NCBI GenBank assembly: GCA_963801605.1
Contig: CAWDFP010000011.1
Coordinates: 128,001-192,000 of the forward strand
Source of the DNA: an uncultured candidate division Zixibacteria bacterium
GTDB taxonomy: Bacteria; Zixibacteria; MSB-5A5; UBA10806
Length of the DNA: 64,000 nucleotides
Direction: 5' to 3'
In this document: one piece after another, positions 10,504 through 20,802 of the stretch
How positions within the stretch are numbered: position 1 is the first letter of the stretch
How the letters are laid out: each line of letters starts with the position of its first letter
Notes under the pieces: model-generated
Databases searched by the model: none
Told to the model about the DNA's origin: nothing
What the model saw: only the letters and a program-made list of their open reading frames with translations
Position numbers and translations under genes: made by a program

Positions 10504-11028
10504 ATGCCGAAGAACGTAGAAGTAAAACCGGATATGACAACCATGTGGAAAGAGGAATTCATGCAGGTCTGGGATCGGGAACATCAGACCACCATGAATA
10601 TCCTTAAAGCTTATCCCGAGGATAAAAGCGATCTCAAACCGCATGAGAAGTTGCGCAGCGCCAGAGAGTTGGTGTGGGGATTCACCAACGGCGAAGCCTG
10701 GATGATCAATGGGATTCTGGCGGGAAATTTCGAGGGCGGTGAAAGAATCGATCCGCCATCAACAATGAGAGAGGTGATTCAGAATTACGAGAAGGTTCAT
10801 CGTGATGCAGTCGCCAGGGTCAGGAGGATGAACGAAATTGATCTCAACAAGACGGTCAAGTTCTTCGTCGGGCCGAAGCAATTGGGTAATATCAAAGTCA
10901 CCGATCTTCTCGCCATGATGGTGATGGATCAGGTGCATCATCGCGGACAGCTTTCGGTTTACCTCCGAATGGCTAACGGCAAGGTGCCATCGATCTATGG
11001 CCCCACCGCCGATGAGCCCTGGATGTAG
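10504..11028 (+). CDS. DinB family protein
   Basis: C-terminal DQVHHRGQLSVYLRMANGKVPSIYGPTADE is typical of DinB/YfiT four-helix bundle proteins. Confidence 0.9.
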   Translation: MPKNVEVKPDMTTMWKEEFMQVWDREHQTTMNILKAYPEDKSDLKPHEKLRSARELVWGFTNGEAWMINGILAGNFEGGERIDPPSTMREVIQNYEKVHRDAVARVRRMNEIDLNKTVKFFVGPKQLGNIKVTDLLAMMVMDQVHHRGQLSVYLRMANGKVPSIYGPTADEPWM

Positions 11029-11082
11029 CAAAAAAATCGGCAACGAGGGATTAACAGTCCCGATATTGCTATCGCTTAAAAT

Positions 11083-11114
11083 AAAAACCGGAGCCTGTTA
11101 TAGACTCCGGTTTT
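11083..11114. terminator. Bidirectional terminator
   Basis: AAAAACCGGAG-N-CTCCGGTTTT between convergent genes. Confidence 0.8.
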
Positions 11115-11143
11115 ACTTATATCGGTAAAGAAAAATTAGTCAG

Positions 11144-11830
11144 TTAAATAAATAACCTGTCCCATCGCACCCTTGATGGGAAGCTGTAAATATTGTAGAA
11201 AAATAACTCGATGGCCGGAATTATATAGGGTGACTCGAGCTTGGGAGCTTGAGGATCGGGAGCCCAGGAAAAATATACGAACATGCCCTTACCTTCGATA
11301 TTGTTCGTGGAGACGAAACCAAATTCGCGGGAATCCTCGCTCTGATCGCGGTTATCTCCCAAAACGAAGATATGGCCGGGCGGCACCTGTTGTCGAGCCA
11401 TGAAATCGCGATTGGAGAACTGAACCGGCAGGATACGGTAATCGGAATGAGTAACAGTTCCGAATTCCTTTAATGGCTGGCTATCGACATATACTACTTT
11501 AGACTTTATCTCAACGGTTTGACCCTCGGTAGCCACCACCCGACGTACCAGCTTCTCCTCAATGCGCAAAGGATGCTGAAAGAGCACCAGGTCGCCCACA
11601 ACCGGCTTGGCCTTCTTGTATGCCAGCTTTGAGGCCATCAGGAAATCGCCAGGGTAGAGGCCGCCCTGCATGGCAGTTCCCTCGATCCTGAAGGGGCTAA
11701 CCACAAAGAATCTTAAAATAGCCCCGATGATAACCACCAAAAGTACTCCCCGAATTATTTCCTGGGACTTGGAGAGTTTCTTAAAATGCTTTTTCTTTTT
11801 TCGCGGTTTTTCAATCATTTTATGCTCCAC
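11144..11830 (-). CDS. Signal peptidase I (S26) homologue with substituted catalytic residues
   Basis: Single N-terminal TM and box E VPPGHIFVLGDNRDQSEDSREFGFV. Box B reads IEGTAM and box D reads KLVRRVV. Confidence 0.85.
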   Translation of the reverse strand: MEHKMIEKPRKKKKHFKKLSKSQEIIRGVLLVVIIGAILRFFVVSPFRIEGTAMQGGLYPGDFLMASKLAYKKAKPVVGDLVLFQHPLRIEEKLVRRVVATEGQTVEIKSKVVYVDSQPLKEFGTVTHSDYRILPVQFSNRDFMARQQVPPGHIFVLGDNRDQSEDSREFGFVSTNNIEGKGMFVYFSWAPDPQAPKLESPYIIPAIELFFYNIYSFPSRVRWDRLFI

Positions 11831-11965
11831 TATTTCATGGTCTCATAAAAAGTATCGGCAGTTTGATTATAAAATTGATGCCAGTCTGCCTTTTATTAAA
11901 ATCGCGTATAAATCAAACCGACTCTTAGGATTGACTAAATTACCGCTAATGCGTATTATGTAAAC

Positions 11966-12697
11966 ATGGGGAATAAATTATTTCCAAATCTTAAACTGGC
12001 TTTTTTCGATATCGACGGTACTTTGATAAGGCGAGATTTCGATGGCACCCTGAGTGTCAAGCAGCGGGCCTTCAACCATGCAGTCGAATCGGTTTTCGAT
12101 ATCAAAGGCGCCGACTATACCAATATCCTGGGCAAGCGTCTCTATGGCTTAACGGATAAACTGATTCTGAAAACATTTTTGGGAAAATTGGGTATCGCTG
12201 AGAGTCAGTATTATCTTAGGGAAACCGATTTATTCCTGGCTATCGATGATTATTTCTCCATGAACCGGGATACAAGCCAGGAGCAAGGTTATTATCCGGT
12301 TCCGGGAATACCGGATTTACTGAATCGATTAAAAACCGAAAATATTCGGCTTGGACTTATCACCGGCAATATTCGCAAGCACTCGCTCTGGAAACTTGAG
12401 CCAATTGGCCTGAACGGTTATTTTACTACCGGCGGTTTCGGCGATGACGCCGAATCGCGGCGGGAGATCATGCAAACTGCCATAGATCGCAATCCCGACA
12501 TCGCAGCTCCTAATATTTGCCACTTTGGTGATTCGCCGGCCGATCTCGAAGCTGCCCGCGATTGCCACATAAAATCGGTGGCTATTACGGATTTGGGCGG
12601 CGGCACCCATAGCAGGGATGAGCTCGCCATAGCTGAATACGGATTAATTATCGACGGCTGGGCCGAACATGAAAAGATTACGCGGTATCTCAGTTAG
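11966..12697 (+). CDS. HAD-superfamily hydrolase
   Basis: Motifs FFDIDGTL, LITGN and FGDSPADLEAA. Confidence 0.9.
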   Translation: MGNKLFPNLKLAFFDIDGTLIRRDFDGTLSVKQRAFNHAVESVFDIKGADYTNILGKRLYGLTDKLILKTFLGKLGIAESQYYLRETDLFLAIDDYFSMNRDTSQEQGYYPVPGIPDLLNRLKTENIRLGLITGNIRKHSLWKLEPIGLNGYFTTGGFGDDAESRREIMQTAIDRNPDIAAPNICHFGDSPADLEAARDCHIKSVAITDLGGGTHSRDELAIAEYGLIIDGWAEHEKITRYLS

Positions 12698-12804
12698 AAA
12701 CTGTTAAATCGGAATCCCCTTCGAATCTTATAAATAATTTCCTCAATCCCAAACAAAGATAATCAATCTTATAAATGTTCAATCGGTAGTTGTGGTATTT
12801 ATCG

Positions 12805-12831
12805 GGAAACAATTGAGGAGTTAAACTCGTT
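12805..12831 (+). promoter_or_regulatory. Candidate ECF-sigma promoter GGAAAC-N17-CGTT for P4
   Basis: GGAAAC aattgaggagttaaact CGTT. Confidence 0.65.
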
Positions 12832-12889
12832 TAACATGAAGTTGTGTTGATAATGCAAATCAATATCAAAATTAAAAGGAGAGGGTAAC

Positions 12890-13276
12890 ATGGCTATTTA
12901 CTCATTCGCAGTGCCCATTCTTTCGGGCAAGACTGAAAACTGGAAGAGATATGTTCAGGAGATGCGGGGACAGCGCCGCGAGGAATTCAATAATTCCCGT
13001 CAGAGACATGGCCTTAGAATGGAGCAGGTTTGGCTTCAGAAAACACCAAACGGCGATATAGCGGTGGTGACCTGGGATGTTGACAATCCGACGAAGACTT
13101 TCGAAAATTTCATGAAATCAAACGATTCATTCGATCAATGGTTCAGGGAAAAGATATTGATCGAGTGCCACGGCATGAATCAGAGCGATCAGATCCCGCC
13201 CTTAAATGAAGTGATACTTAATTTCACATCTCAGCCCGTTGGCGAAAAAAGGTACGCCGAGACCCGTAAAAAATAG
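12890..13276 (+). CDS. Uncharacterised ~130 aa protein, paralog P4
   Basis: Same family motifs as P1-P3. RBS AAGGAG. Confidence 0.88.
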   Translation: MAIYSFAVPILSGKTENWKRYVQEMRGQRREEFNNSRQRHGLRMEQVWLQKTPNGDIAVVTWDVDNPTKTFENFMKSNDSFDQWFREKILIECHGMNQSDQIPPLNEVILNFTSQPVGEKRYAETRKK

Positions 13277-13296
13277 TTAAGAGGGGGCTTTTCTAG

Positions 13297-13326
13297 GGCG
13301 TCCGGCTTTGCGCTGGACGCCTTTTT
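13297..13326 (+). terminator. Rho-independent terminator
   Basis: GGCGTCCGGC..GCTGGACGCC followed by TTTTT. Confidence 0.8.
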
Positions 13327-13370
13327 ATTAGCGGTTTGACTTTGGAAATCATCTTTATATATTTGTCGTT

Positions 13371-13790
13371 ATGCCGGAAAAATTAGATAGTTCGATTGAA
13401 GCCAAAATACGAGAGCGTTTCCCCGCCTATCCTTTTCCCTCATTGTTAGGGATTGAAATTGACAGCCTTGAACCCGGTCAGGCCAACCTGCATCTCAAGT
13501 GCCGTCCGGAGCTAACCCAGGGCATGGGCTTTATTCATGGCGGCGTAATCACGTCACTTTGCGACACCAGCGTGGCGGTGGCTCTGTTCACATTAATAGC
13601 CGATGACGAAAAGATATTGACCATCGAGCTAAAGATAAATTTCCTGGCGCCGGCTGCGGGTGATATTCAGGCGTTGGCCAGGATTATCCATAAGGGTCGG
13701 CGAACCGCGGTGGGCGAGGTCGATGTGACTGGCGTGGACGGCACTCTGGCGGCTAAGGCTTTGATCACTTATTATATTTACAAAGACTGA
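13371..13790 (+). CDS. PaaI family hotdog-fold thioesterase
   Basis: GFIHGGVITSLCD and TIELKINFLAPA motifs. Confidence 0.92.
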   Translation: MPEKLDSSIEAKIRERFPAYPFPSLLGIEIDSLEPGQANLHLKCRPELTQGMGFIHGGVITSLCDTSVAVALFTLIADDEKILTIELKINFLAPAAGDIQALARIIHKGRRTAVGEVDVTGVDGTLAAKALITYYIYKD

Positions 13791-13809
13791 CGAATATTAG
13801 AAGCGATAT

Positions 13810-15606
13810 ATGACTTTAGACGGTTACGGACAAGAAGAGGAAATCCTCGGCAAAGCGTATGATGCCCGCCTGATGAGGCGTTTGGGACATTACCTGAAGC
13901 CTTATCGATTTCATATATCTATCGCTATTGTTGTATTGATAATCGCCAAGCTCGCCGAGTTGGCCGGCCCCTTCATCACCAAAATAGTAATCGATAAATA
14001 TATTACCACCGGGAATACATCGGGCCTGGCCGGCATGGTTGTCCTTCTGATCAGCATGATAATGATTCAGTTTATCATGGAGTATATCGAGGTTTATATC
14101 ACGCAGTGGATGGGGCAGAAGACCATTTACGATATCCGTATGGAGCTTTTTTCTCATGTCGAAAACCTGGGGCTATCGTTCTATGATAAAAATCCCGTTG
14201 GCCGCCTGGTAACGCGGGTCACTGGTGACGTTGACGCTCTCAATGAGCTTTTCACATCCGGAGTGGTAGCCATCTTCGGCGATATCATCACTCTGTTTGG
14301 CATTATCGGAATAATGCTTTATCTCAACTGGAAGTTGGCCATAATTTCTATGGTTGTAATTCCGGTATTGTTTGTTGCCTCGATTATATTCCGCAACAGG
14401 GTTCGTGATTCATTTCGGCGTGTCCGCACCAGGATTGCCAGACTCAACGCTTTCCTGCAGGAGCATATTGCAGGAATGGGCGTTGTCCAGAGCTTCGTAG
14501 CCGAAAGCCGGACTTTTCGCAAATTCGATGATCTCAACCACGATCTGCTGAATAACCATCTCAAATCGGTGTTTTATTTCGCGATATTTTTCCCGGTGGT
14601 AGAGGTCCTCGGCGCTGTCAGTATCGCCCTTATTATCTGGTATGGCGGCGGGGAGATTGTGCGCGGTGTTCTGACATTCGGTTCGCTGGTGGCTTTTTTG
14701 CAGTATGTGGAACGTTTCTATCAGCCGATCCGCGATCTTTCGGAAAAATATAATATCCTTCAGCAGGCTATGGCCTCGTCAGAGCGCATCTTCAAGCTTC
14801 TCGATACTGCCCCTGATATCGTCGACAAGCCCCCAATGAAGCGGCTCGATAATGTTAAAGGCGCTATTAAAATTGAAAAACTCAACTTCGCCTATAACGA
14901 TCAAGAGTGGGTGCTCCGAGATATCAATCTCGATATCAAACCCGGTGAAAAAATTGCTATCGTGGGAGCTACAGGCTCGGGAAAGACGTCACTCAGTAGT
15001 TTACTCCTTAGATTCTACAATTACCAGGAGGGTGATATAAGGCTCGACGGCATTTCCATCAAGGATTTGCCGATTAAAGAGTATCGCCGCAACTTCGCTC
15101 TCGTTTTACAGGATATTTTCATGTTTTCCGGCGACATTGCGCGCAACATCAGGTTGGGGGAGAAGGGGATTTCCGATAGCGATATTCTGGATTCCCTCAA
15201 AACAGTAGGCGCGGATGATTTTGTGCGAGGCTATGATGACGGCATCGGACATACGCTGCAAGAACGAGGTTCGAACCTTTCGGTGGGTCAGAGGCAGCTT
15301 CTGGCGTTCGCGCGCGCCCTGGCTTTCGATCCCAAAATTCTGATTCTGGACGAGGCCACATCGTCGGTTGATACTCAAACCGAAATTCTAATCCAGGAGG
15401 CATTACAGAAGCTGCTTGCAGGGCGGACTTCTATTATCATCGCGCATCGGCTTTCGACAATTAAAAATGCCGACCGTATCGTAGTAATGCATAAGGGGGC
15501 GATAAAAGAGGAGGGCAGCCACGCCGAGCTGTTGGCGCTTGGCGGAATATATTATCGTCTCTACCGGTTACAGTATAAGGAACAAGAGATAGCAGGTACT
15601 GTGTAA
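13810..15606 (+). CDS. ABC exporter, fused permease/ATPase (MdlB/MsbA-like)
   Basis: TM domain, Walker A GATGSGKT, signature LSVGQRQ and Walker B ILDEATS. Confidence 0.95.
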   Translation: MTLDGYGQEEEILGKAYDARLMRRLGHYLKPYRFHISIAIVVLIIAKLAELAGPFITKIVIDKYITTGNTSGLAGMVVLLISMIMIQFIMEYIEVYITQWMGQKTIYDIRMELFSHVENLGLSFYDKNPVGRLVTRVTGDVDALNELFTSGVVAIFGDIITLFGIIGIMLYLNWKLAIISMVVIPVLFVASIIFRNRVRDSFRRVRTRIARLNAFLQEHIAGMGVVQSFVAESRTFRKFDDLNHDLLNNHLKSVFYFAIFFPVVEVLGAVSIALIIWYGGGEIVRGVLTFGSLVAFLQYVERFYQPIRDLSEKYNILQQAMASSERIFKLLDTAPDIVDKPPMKRLDNVKGAIKIEKLNFAYNDQEWVLRDINLDIKPGEKIAIVGATGSGKTSLSSLLLRFYNYQEGDIRLDGISIKDLPIKEYRRNFALVLQDIFMFSGDIARNIRLGEKGISDSDILDSLKTVGADDFVRGYDDGIGHTLQERGSNLSVGQRQLLAFARALAFDPKILILDEATSSVDTQTEILIQEALQKLLAGRTSIIIAHRLSTIKNADRIVVMHKGAIKEEGSHAELLALGGIYYRLYRLQYKEQEIAGTV

Positions 15607-16388
15607 TGAGCGAATTTCTGGAAATTGCAATCCGGGCCGCCAGAGAAGCTGGTAGCCTCTTAATGGAAATGCAGACGATTCATTTGACTGTGGAGAAAAA
15701 AGGTGAGGTTAATCTCGTCACTGACGCTGACCGCAGCGCGGAGGCGCTGATCAGGAAAATCATTTTCGAAAAATTCCCCGGTCATAGTTTTATGGCCGAG
15801 GAGGGGACAGCCTCGAAACAGAAATCACGATATCTCTGGGTAGTCGATCCTCTCGATGGCACCACCAATTATGCTCATCATTTCCCAGTTTGGTGCGTTT
15901 CGATTGGCTTGCTTGAGGACGGTAACCCTATCGTCGGATGTGTTTACAATCCCAATCTCGATGAGTGTTTTACGGCCGAAAAGGGAAACGGCGCCTATCT
16001 TAACAGTAAAATAATCGAAGTCTCGAAAACTTCAGCACTACTGGAATCGCTGCTGGCGACCGGGTTTCCTTATGATATCAGGCAATCATCGAATAACAAC
16101 CTCGCAGAATTTTCGACCTTTGCGGTTCATGCCCAGGCTATCAGACGGGCCGGTTCCGCGGCGCTCGATTTATCTTATGTGGCCGCCGGCCGTTTTGATG
16201 GTTACTGGGAGTTCAAACTTTCGCCCTGGGATATCGCCGCCGGATCACTCCTTGTCGAGGAAGCCGGAGGCAAACTTACCAATTGGAGCGGGGCGAAATT
16301 CGACATCTTCAAAGGCGAAATCGTAGCATCCAACGGCCTTATCCATAATGAGATGCTTGCGGTGTTGCGAAAAATAAAATCCAAGTAA
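15606..16388 (+). CDS. suhB: Inositol monophosphatase family protein
   Basis: WVVDPLDGTTNYAH, RRAGSAALDL and PWDIAAG motifs. Confidence 0.92.
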   Translation: MSEFLEIAIRAAREAGSLLMEMQTIHLTVEKKGEVNLVTDADRSAEALIRKIIFEKFPGHSFMAEEGTASKQKSRYLWVVDPLDGTTNYAHHFPVWCVSIGLLEDGNPIVGCVYNPNLDECFTAEKGNGAYLNSKIIEVSKTSALLESLLATGFPYDIRQSSNNNLAEFSTFAVHAQAIRRAGSAALDLSYVAAGRFDGYWEFKLSPWDIAAGSLLVEEAGGKLTNWSGAKFDIFKGEIVASNGLIHNEMLAVLRKIKSK

Positions 16389-16480
16389 TTTATTTCTCGG
16401 AATATGGCTCGGGTTCTTAACCGGGTCATTTGACCGAGTTGGAAACGAAGTGGCATCGTAGGATTCTTGAATCCCTGCAT

Positions 16481-16513
16481 AAAAAAAGCCCCAGGATGTT
16501 CATCCTGAGGCTT
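16481..16513 (-). terminator. Terminator after clpX
   Basis: A-tract then AGCCCCAGGATG..CATCCTGAGGCT hairpin on the + strand. Confidence 0.75.
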
Positions 16514-16534
16514 AAAAGTTAGTTGTCTGGAAAA

Positions 16535-17796
16535 TTACCCGACATTCTTTTGCGCCTTGAGAACATATTCCGGTTTAGCGCCCTTAATGAAAACATCCTT
16601 ATTAATGATACAGCGCTTGATGTCAGTCCGCGATGGCAGTTCGTACATGATCTCGGTCATCGCCGATTCCATGATGGAGCGCAGAGCGCGAGCGCCGGTT
16701 TTGCGCTTGATAGCCATATCGACAATCGTTTCCAGGGCGTCTTTCTTGAATTCAAGATCGATACCTTCGAGTTCAAAATACTTCTGATACTGCCTCACCA
16801 AAGCGTTTTTCGGTTCGAGGAGAATCCTGAGCAGTGCCTCGCGGTTCAGGTCATGCAGCGAGCAAACCACCGGCAACCTGCCGACAATCTCCGGTATCAG
16901 GCCGAATTCGAGGAAATCCTCATCTTCCACCTGTGCAATCAACTCGCCGATATTGCCTGATGGCGTCCGGCTTTCCGCTTTGAAACCAACAACCTTCTTA
17001 CCGATCCGGCGTGCGACGATCTTCTCAAGTCCATCGAACGCTCCGCCGCAGATAAACAGGATATTTCTGGTATCGATATTTATCAGAGCCTGCTCCGGAT
17101 GTTTCCGTCCGCCTTTGGGAGGCACCGATGAAATTGTGCCTTCAAGAATTTTCAAAAGCCCCTGCTGAACACCCTCGCCGGAGACATCGCGGGTAATTGA
17201 CGGGTTACCCGATTTGCGCGCGATCTTGTCGATTTCATCGATATAGACGATACCTCGCTGGCATGCTCTGACATCATAATCGGCGGCCTGCAGGAGACGA
17301 ACCAGTACGTTTTCGACATCCTCACCAACATAACCGGCTTCGGTCAGCACCGTGGCGTCAGCGATAGTAAATGGTACATGCAAATGCTTGGCCAGAGTTT
17401 GAGCAATCAGGGTTTTCCCTGTTCCGGTCGGACCAACCAAAAGAATATTGGATTTCTCAAGCTCAACTTCATCGCCGTCTCGCTGTGGCGGCTGCGAATA
17501 TGCGTTTATAATGATTATAAACCGCGACCGAGATGACCTTTCTTGGTCTTCTCCTGGCCGATGACATATTTGTCGAGGAACTCCTTTATCTCCGATGGCC
17601 GAGGCAGCGGGATATCGAATTGGGCCGCTTTATTTTTCTCCTCGAAAATGGCATCGTTGCAGATTTTGACACAATCTTCGCAGATGATGGCAGCACCACC
17701 GCCTGAGAATAGACGGGGGGTCATTGACGCCGGCCGGCCGCAGAAACCGCATCGTTTTTCCGGAGGCGGTCCGCTCTTTTTACTTTTCGGAGGCAA
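16535..17796 (-). CDS. clpX: ATP-dependent Clp protease ATP-binding subunit ClpX, frameshifted near 17480-17540
   Basis: Zn-finger [28 protein letters not shown] and [10 protein letters not shown]. Confidence 0.96.
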
Positions 17797-17806
17797 TAAA
17801 TTACTC

Positions 17807-18394
17807 CTACTTTGTTTTTCTTTCGTAAACTTCGTCGACCAATCCGTAAGCCTTGGCTTCGTCGGCAGTCATGAAATAATCCCTGTCGGTATCGGCAAAG
17901 ACCTGTTCGATCGGTTTGCCGGTATGCTTGGCAAGGATTTCGTTCATCTGCTGCTTGGTCTTGATTATCTCTTTGGCATGGATTTCGATATCGGATGCCA
18001 CTCCCTGGTAACCGCCCCAGGGTTGATGAATCATGATTTTGGAATTCTTGAGAGCCGCCCGTTTGCCCTTGGCGCCGGCTGCCAAAAGCACCGCGCCCAT
18101 CGAGGCCGCCATACCGACACAGGTGGTGTTGACATCGGGCTTGATATACTGCATGGTGTCATAAATTGCGAGTCCGGCGGTAACCGATCCGCCCGGAGAA
18201 TTGACATAAAGAAAGATATCCTTTTCCGGATCCTCAGCTTCGAGGAACAGAAGCTGCGCTATAATTAGATTGGCGATCATATCGTCAATCGGTGTGCCGA
18301 TAAAAACGATCCTGTCCTTGAGCAGCCGTGAATAGATGTCGTAAGCTCGCTCCCCGCGCCCTGTGGTCTCAATGACCATTGGTATTAATGTCAT
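17807..18394 (-). CDS. clpP: Clp protease proteolytic subunit
   Basis: [18 protein letters not shown] and IMIHQP. Confidence 0.98.
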   Translation of the reverse strand: MTLIPMVIETTGRGERAYDIYSRLLKDRIVFIGTPIDDMIANLIIAQLLFLEAEDPEKDIFLYVNSPGGSVTAGLAIYDTMQYIKPDVNTTCVGMAASMGAVLLAAGAKGKRAALKNSKIMIHQPWGGYQGVASDIEIHAKEIIKTKQQMNEILAKHTGKPIEQVFADTDRDYFMTADEAKAYGLVDEVYERKTK

Positions 18395-18409
18395 CTGATA
18401 ACCCCGTTT

Positions 18410-19728
18410 CTAAGCAGTTATTATTTCCGAATTGTTTATGATAAAATCCAGGACCTTGTTTTCCAGAATGGAATCATCAATGTCTTGAATCTTTTTCGAC
18501 TTGCCCAGATATTCCCGAGCGGCCTCCTCGGTGATATTATACGTCTTGGCGAAGTTTTCGACCCACTTTTTGCGGTCATCCGCTTCGACTTTGATCTTCT
18601 CCGCTTTGGCTATCTCGTAATACAAATAATTCCAGCGAAGCAAATTTTCGCCCAAACCGCGGAACTGGCTCCGGATCGCCTGTTCATCGACCTTTTGATT
18701 CTTCTGTTTGTAATCCTCAACTACATTATTGAGATACTCGTCCAAAAGTGAAATCGGTACATCGAACAGGTTAACATCAACGACACGTTTTATGACCTCG
18801 TTTTTGAGCTGACGGCTGGCATCCTCTAATGCTTGATGCTCCAAATTTTCTTTGGTTTTCTGCTTTAAGCTCATCCACAGTTTTGAATTTGGATATCTTG
18901 GCTGCAAACTCGTCATTTAGCTCCGGCAGCGATTTCTTTTTGATCTCTTTAACAACTACCAGATACAAAATTTGATCACCGGCTAAATTAGATTCGCTGT
19001 AATCGTCCGGGTACTTAACCGAGATATCCTTCATCTCTCCGATTCTCATTCCCAACAAACCGCGCTGGAATTCATCGATAAGCCCCTGGCTGCCAAGATC
19101 AATTTCGACATTTTCCAGTTTATCTTCGTTGAGTTTATCCTAACTTGTCATGCTTTTTGATCAGATCGGCAATAACCCGATCTCCATTTTCAGCCGGACG
19201 CTGCACGGGATGATATTCCGCTAAGCGATCTCTCAAATATTGCAGCGATTCATCAACCTCTTTGTCGCCTACTACCGGCGTCTTCTTTTCGATTCTGAAG
19301 CCGGTGTACTTCTTAAGTTCAACTTTGGGTCTGACCTCGAATTCGGCCTTGAAAGTCAGCGGCTGGCCATCTTCAAATTTGATATCGGTGATCTTGGGAG
19401 TGTTGATCGGGATCAGGTCCTGCTGGATTAGGGCTTGTTCGTATGCCCTGGGCAACAGCGCCTCGATGACATCGCCCTTAGCATCGGATGCGAACCGCTG
19501 TTTGACTATGTTTATGGGAGCCTTGCCCGGCCTGAATCCGGGTATCTTGGCGCGCTTACGATAATCCTCAAATGTGGAATCGTATTGAATGTTGATCTCC
19601 TCGACGGGGATTTCGATTTCCAGAATCCTGATCCAGGATTGACCCTCTTTAAGAGTTACTTTCAAGTCCTTGAGAGGCTTGGTCTCATCGGAGCTTCTTT
19701 CGGTATCTAAGTTGTCGATTTCTGCCAT
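18410..19728 (-). CDS. tig: Trigger factor, split by frameshifts
   Basis: IPGFRPGKAP ribosome-binding motif, FKBP-like middle region, position upstream of clpP. Confidence 0.93.
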
Positions 19729-19771
19729 TAAAAATTCCTTATTAAAACAATCGATATTTAATTCATTTTTA

Positions 19772-19853
<82 letters not shown>

Positions 19854-19995
19854 AGTTTAGCCCATAATAATATTTATCCGGGAGGCTTTCGTCAAGGCTA
19901 ATCGGGGTACTCCCCCAAAATGGTTTTAGGTTTTATAATTCAATACCTGAAAACGTATTAAGTGAAATAGCGGCCATTTGTCGAGTTATATTCGA

Positions 19996-20595
19996 TTATG
20001 CCTGACGCGCTCCGTTTTGGGCGATTTCCGATTCTCTGGCGTTTTTCAGTGCCGTAGTCCACCAACGTAACTGCTTGATCAGATTACCGGCTTTGATAAG
20101 CAGCCCTTCATCTTTGAGCTGATTATTCTCATCAAATGCCTTCCAAACAAAAGGAATATTGAGGCTCTCGCGAATTGGGGCCATTTGAAGCTCGATTGCC
20201 ACCTGTCGAAGCTGTTCCACGGCGCGAATTCCCGCTCCCGGCCCACCCGAATAACTGACAAACGCCACCGGCTTGTTATTCCATTCGGTGTACAGGTAAT
20301 CGAGCGCGTTTTTCAGCACTGCCGGATAACCGTGGCTGTACTCTGGCGTGACGATTATATACCCGTCAAACTCCTTGATCTTAGCCGACCATTTACGGGC
20401 AACTTCGCTGGTATAATTGCCATTAATTTTAGTGGGACTGACCGGCTCGTCATAAAAGGGGAGAGGCCAATCGTTTAGATCAAGAAGCTCAACTTCGAAA
20501 TTATTTTGTTTGCGGGCAAAATCATATACCCAAAGGGCCACCCGTTCTCCCTGACGGTTTTTCCGGGTACTGCCCAGAATGATCGCAATTTTCAT
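19996..20595 (-). CDS. NADPH-dependent FMN reductase family
   Basis: ILGSTRKNR, VTPEYSHGYPAVLKNALD and KPVAFVSY. Confidence 0.93.
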   Translation of the reverse strand: MKIAIILGSTRKNRQGERVALWVYDFARKQNNFEVELLDLNDWPLPFYDEPVSPTKINGNYTSEVARKWSAKIKEFDGYIIVTPEYSHGYPAVLKNALDYLYTEWNNKPVAFVSYSGGPGAGIRAVEQLRQVAIELQMAPIRESLNIPFVWKAFDENNQLKDEGLLIKAGNLIKQLRWWTTALKNARESEIAQNGARQA

Positions 20596-20663
20596 TATTA
20601 ATCATCATCGCCTTTCATCCCAATTTCGCCTAAAATTATTACTAACATGCTCTCGATATTGTA

Positions 20664-20689
20664 AACATCGAGAAAATTAGACAAGTTCC
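20664..20689 (-). promoter_or_regulatory. Candidate ECF-sigma promoter GGAAC-N17-TGTT for the FMN reductase
   Basis: Reverse strand reads GGAAC ttgtctaattttctcga TGTT. Confidence 0.6.
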
Positions 20690-20802
20690 TCTCTTAAACT
20701 TCTGACCGGTGGGTAGCATACGTTCTCGTATGCCGGCAAATACCAATAAAAAAAACCGGAATCATCTGACTCCGGCCTAAATTTCTCAAAGAGTTAAAGC
20801 CG

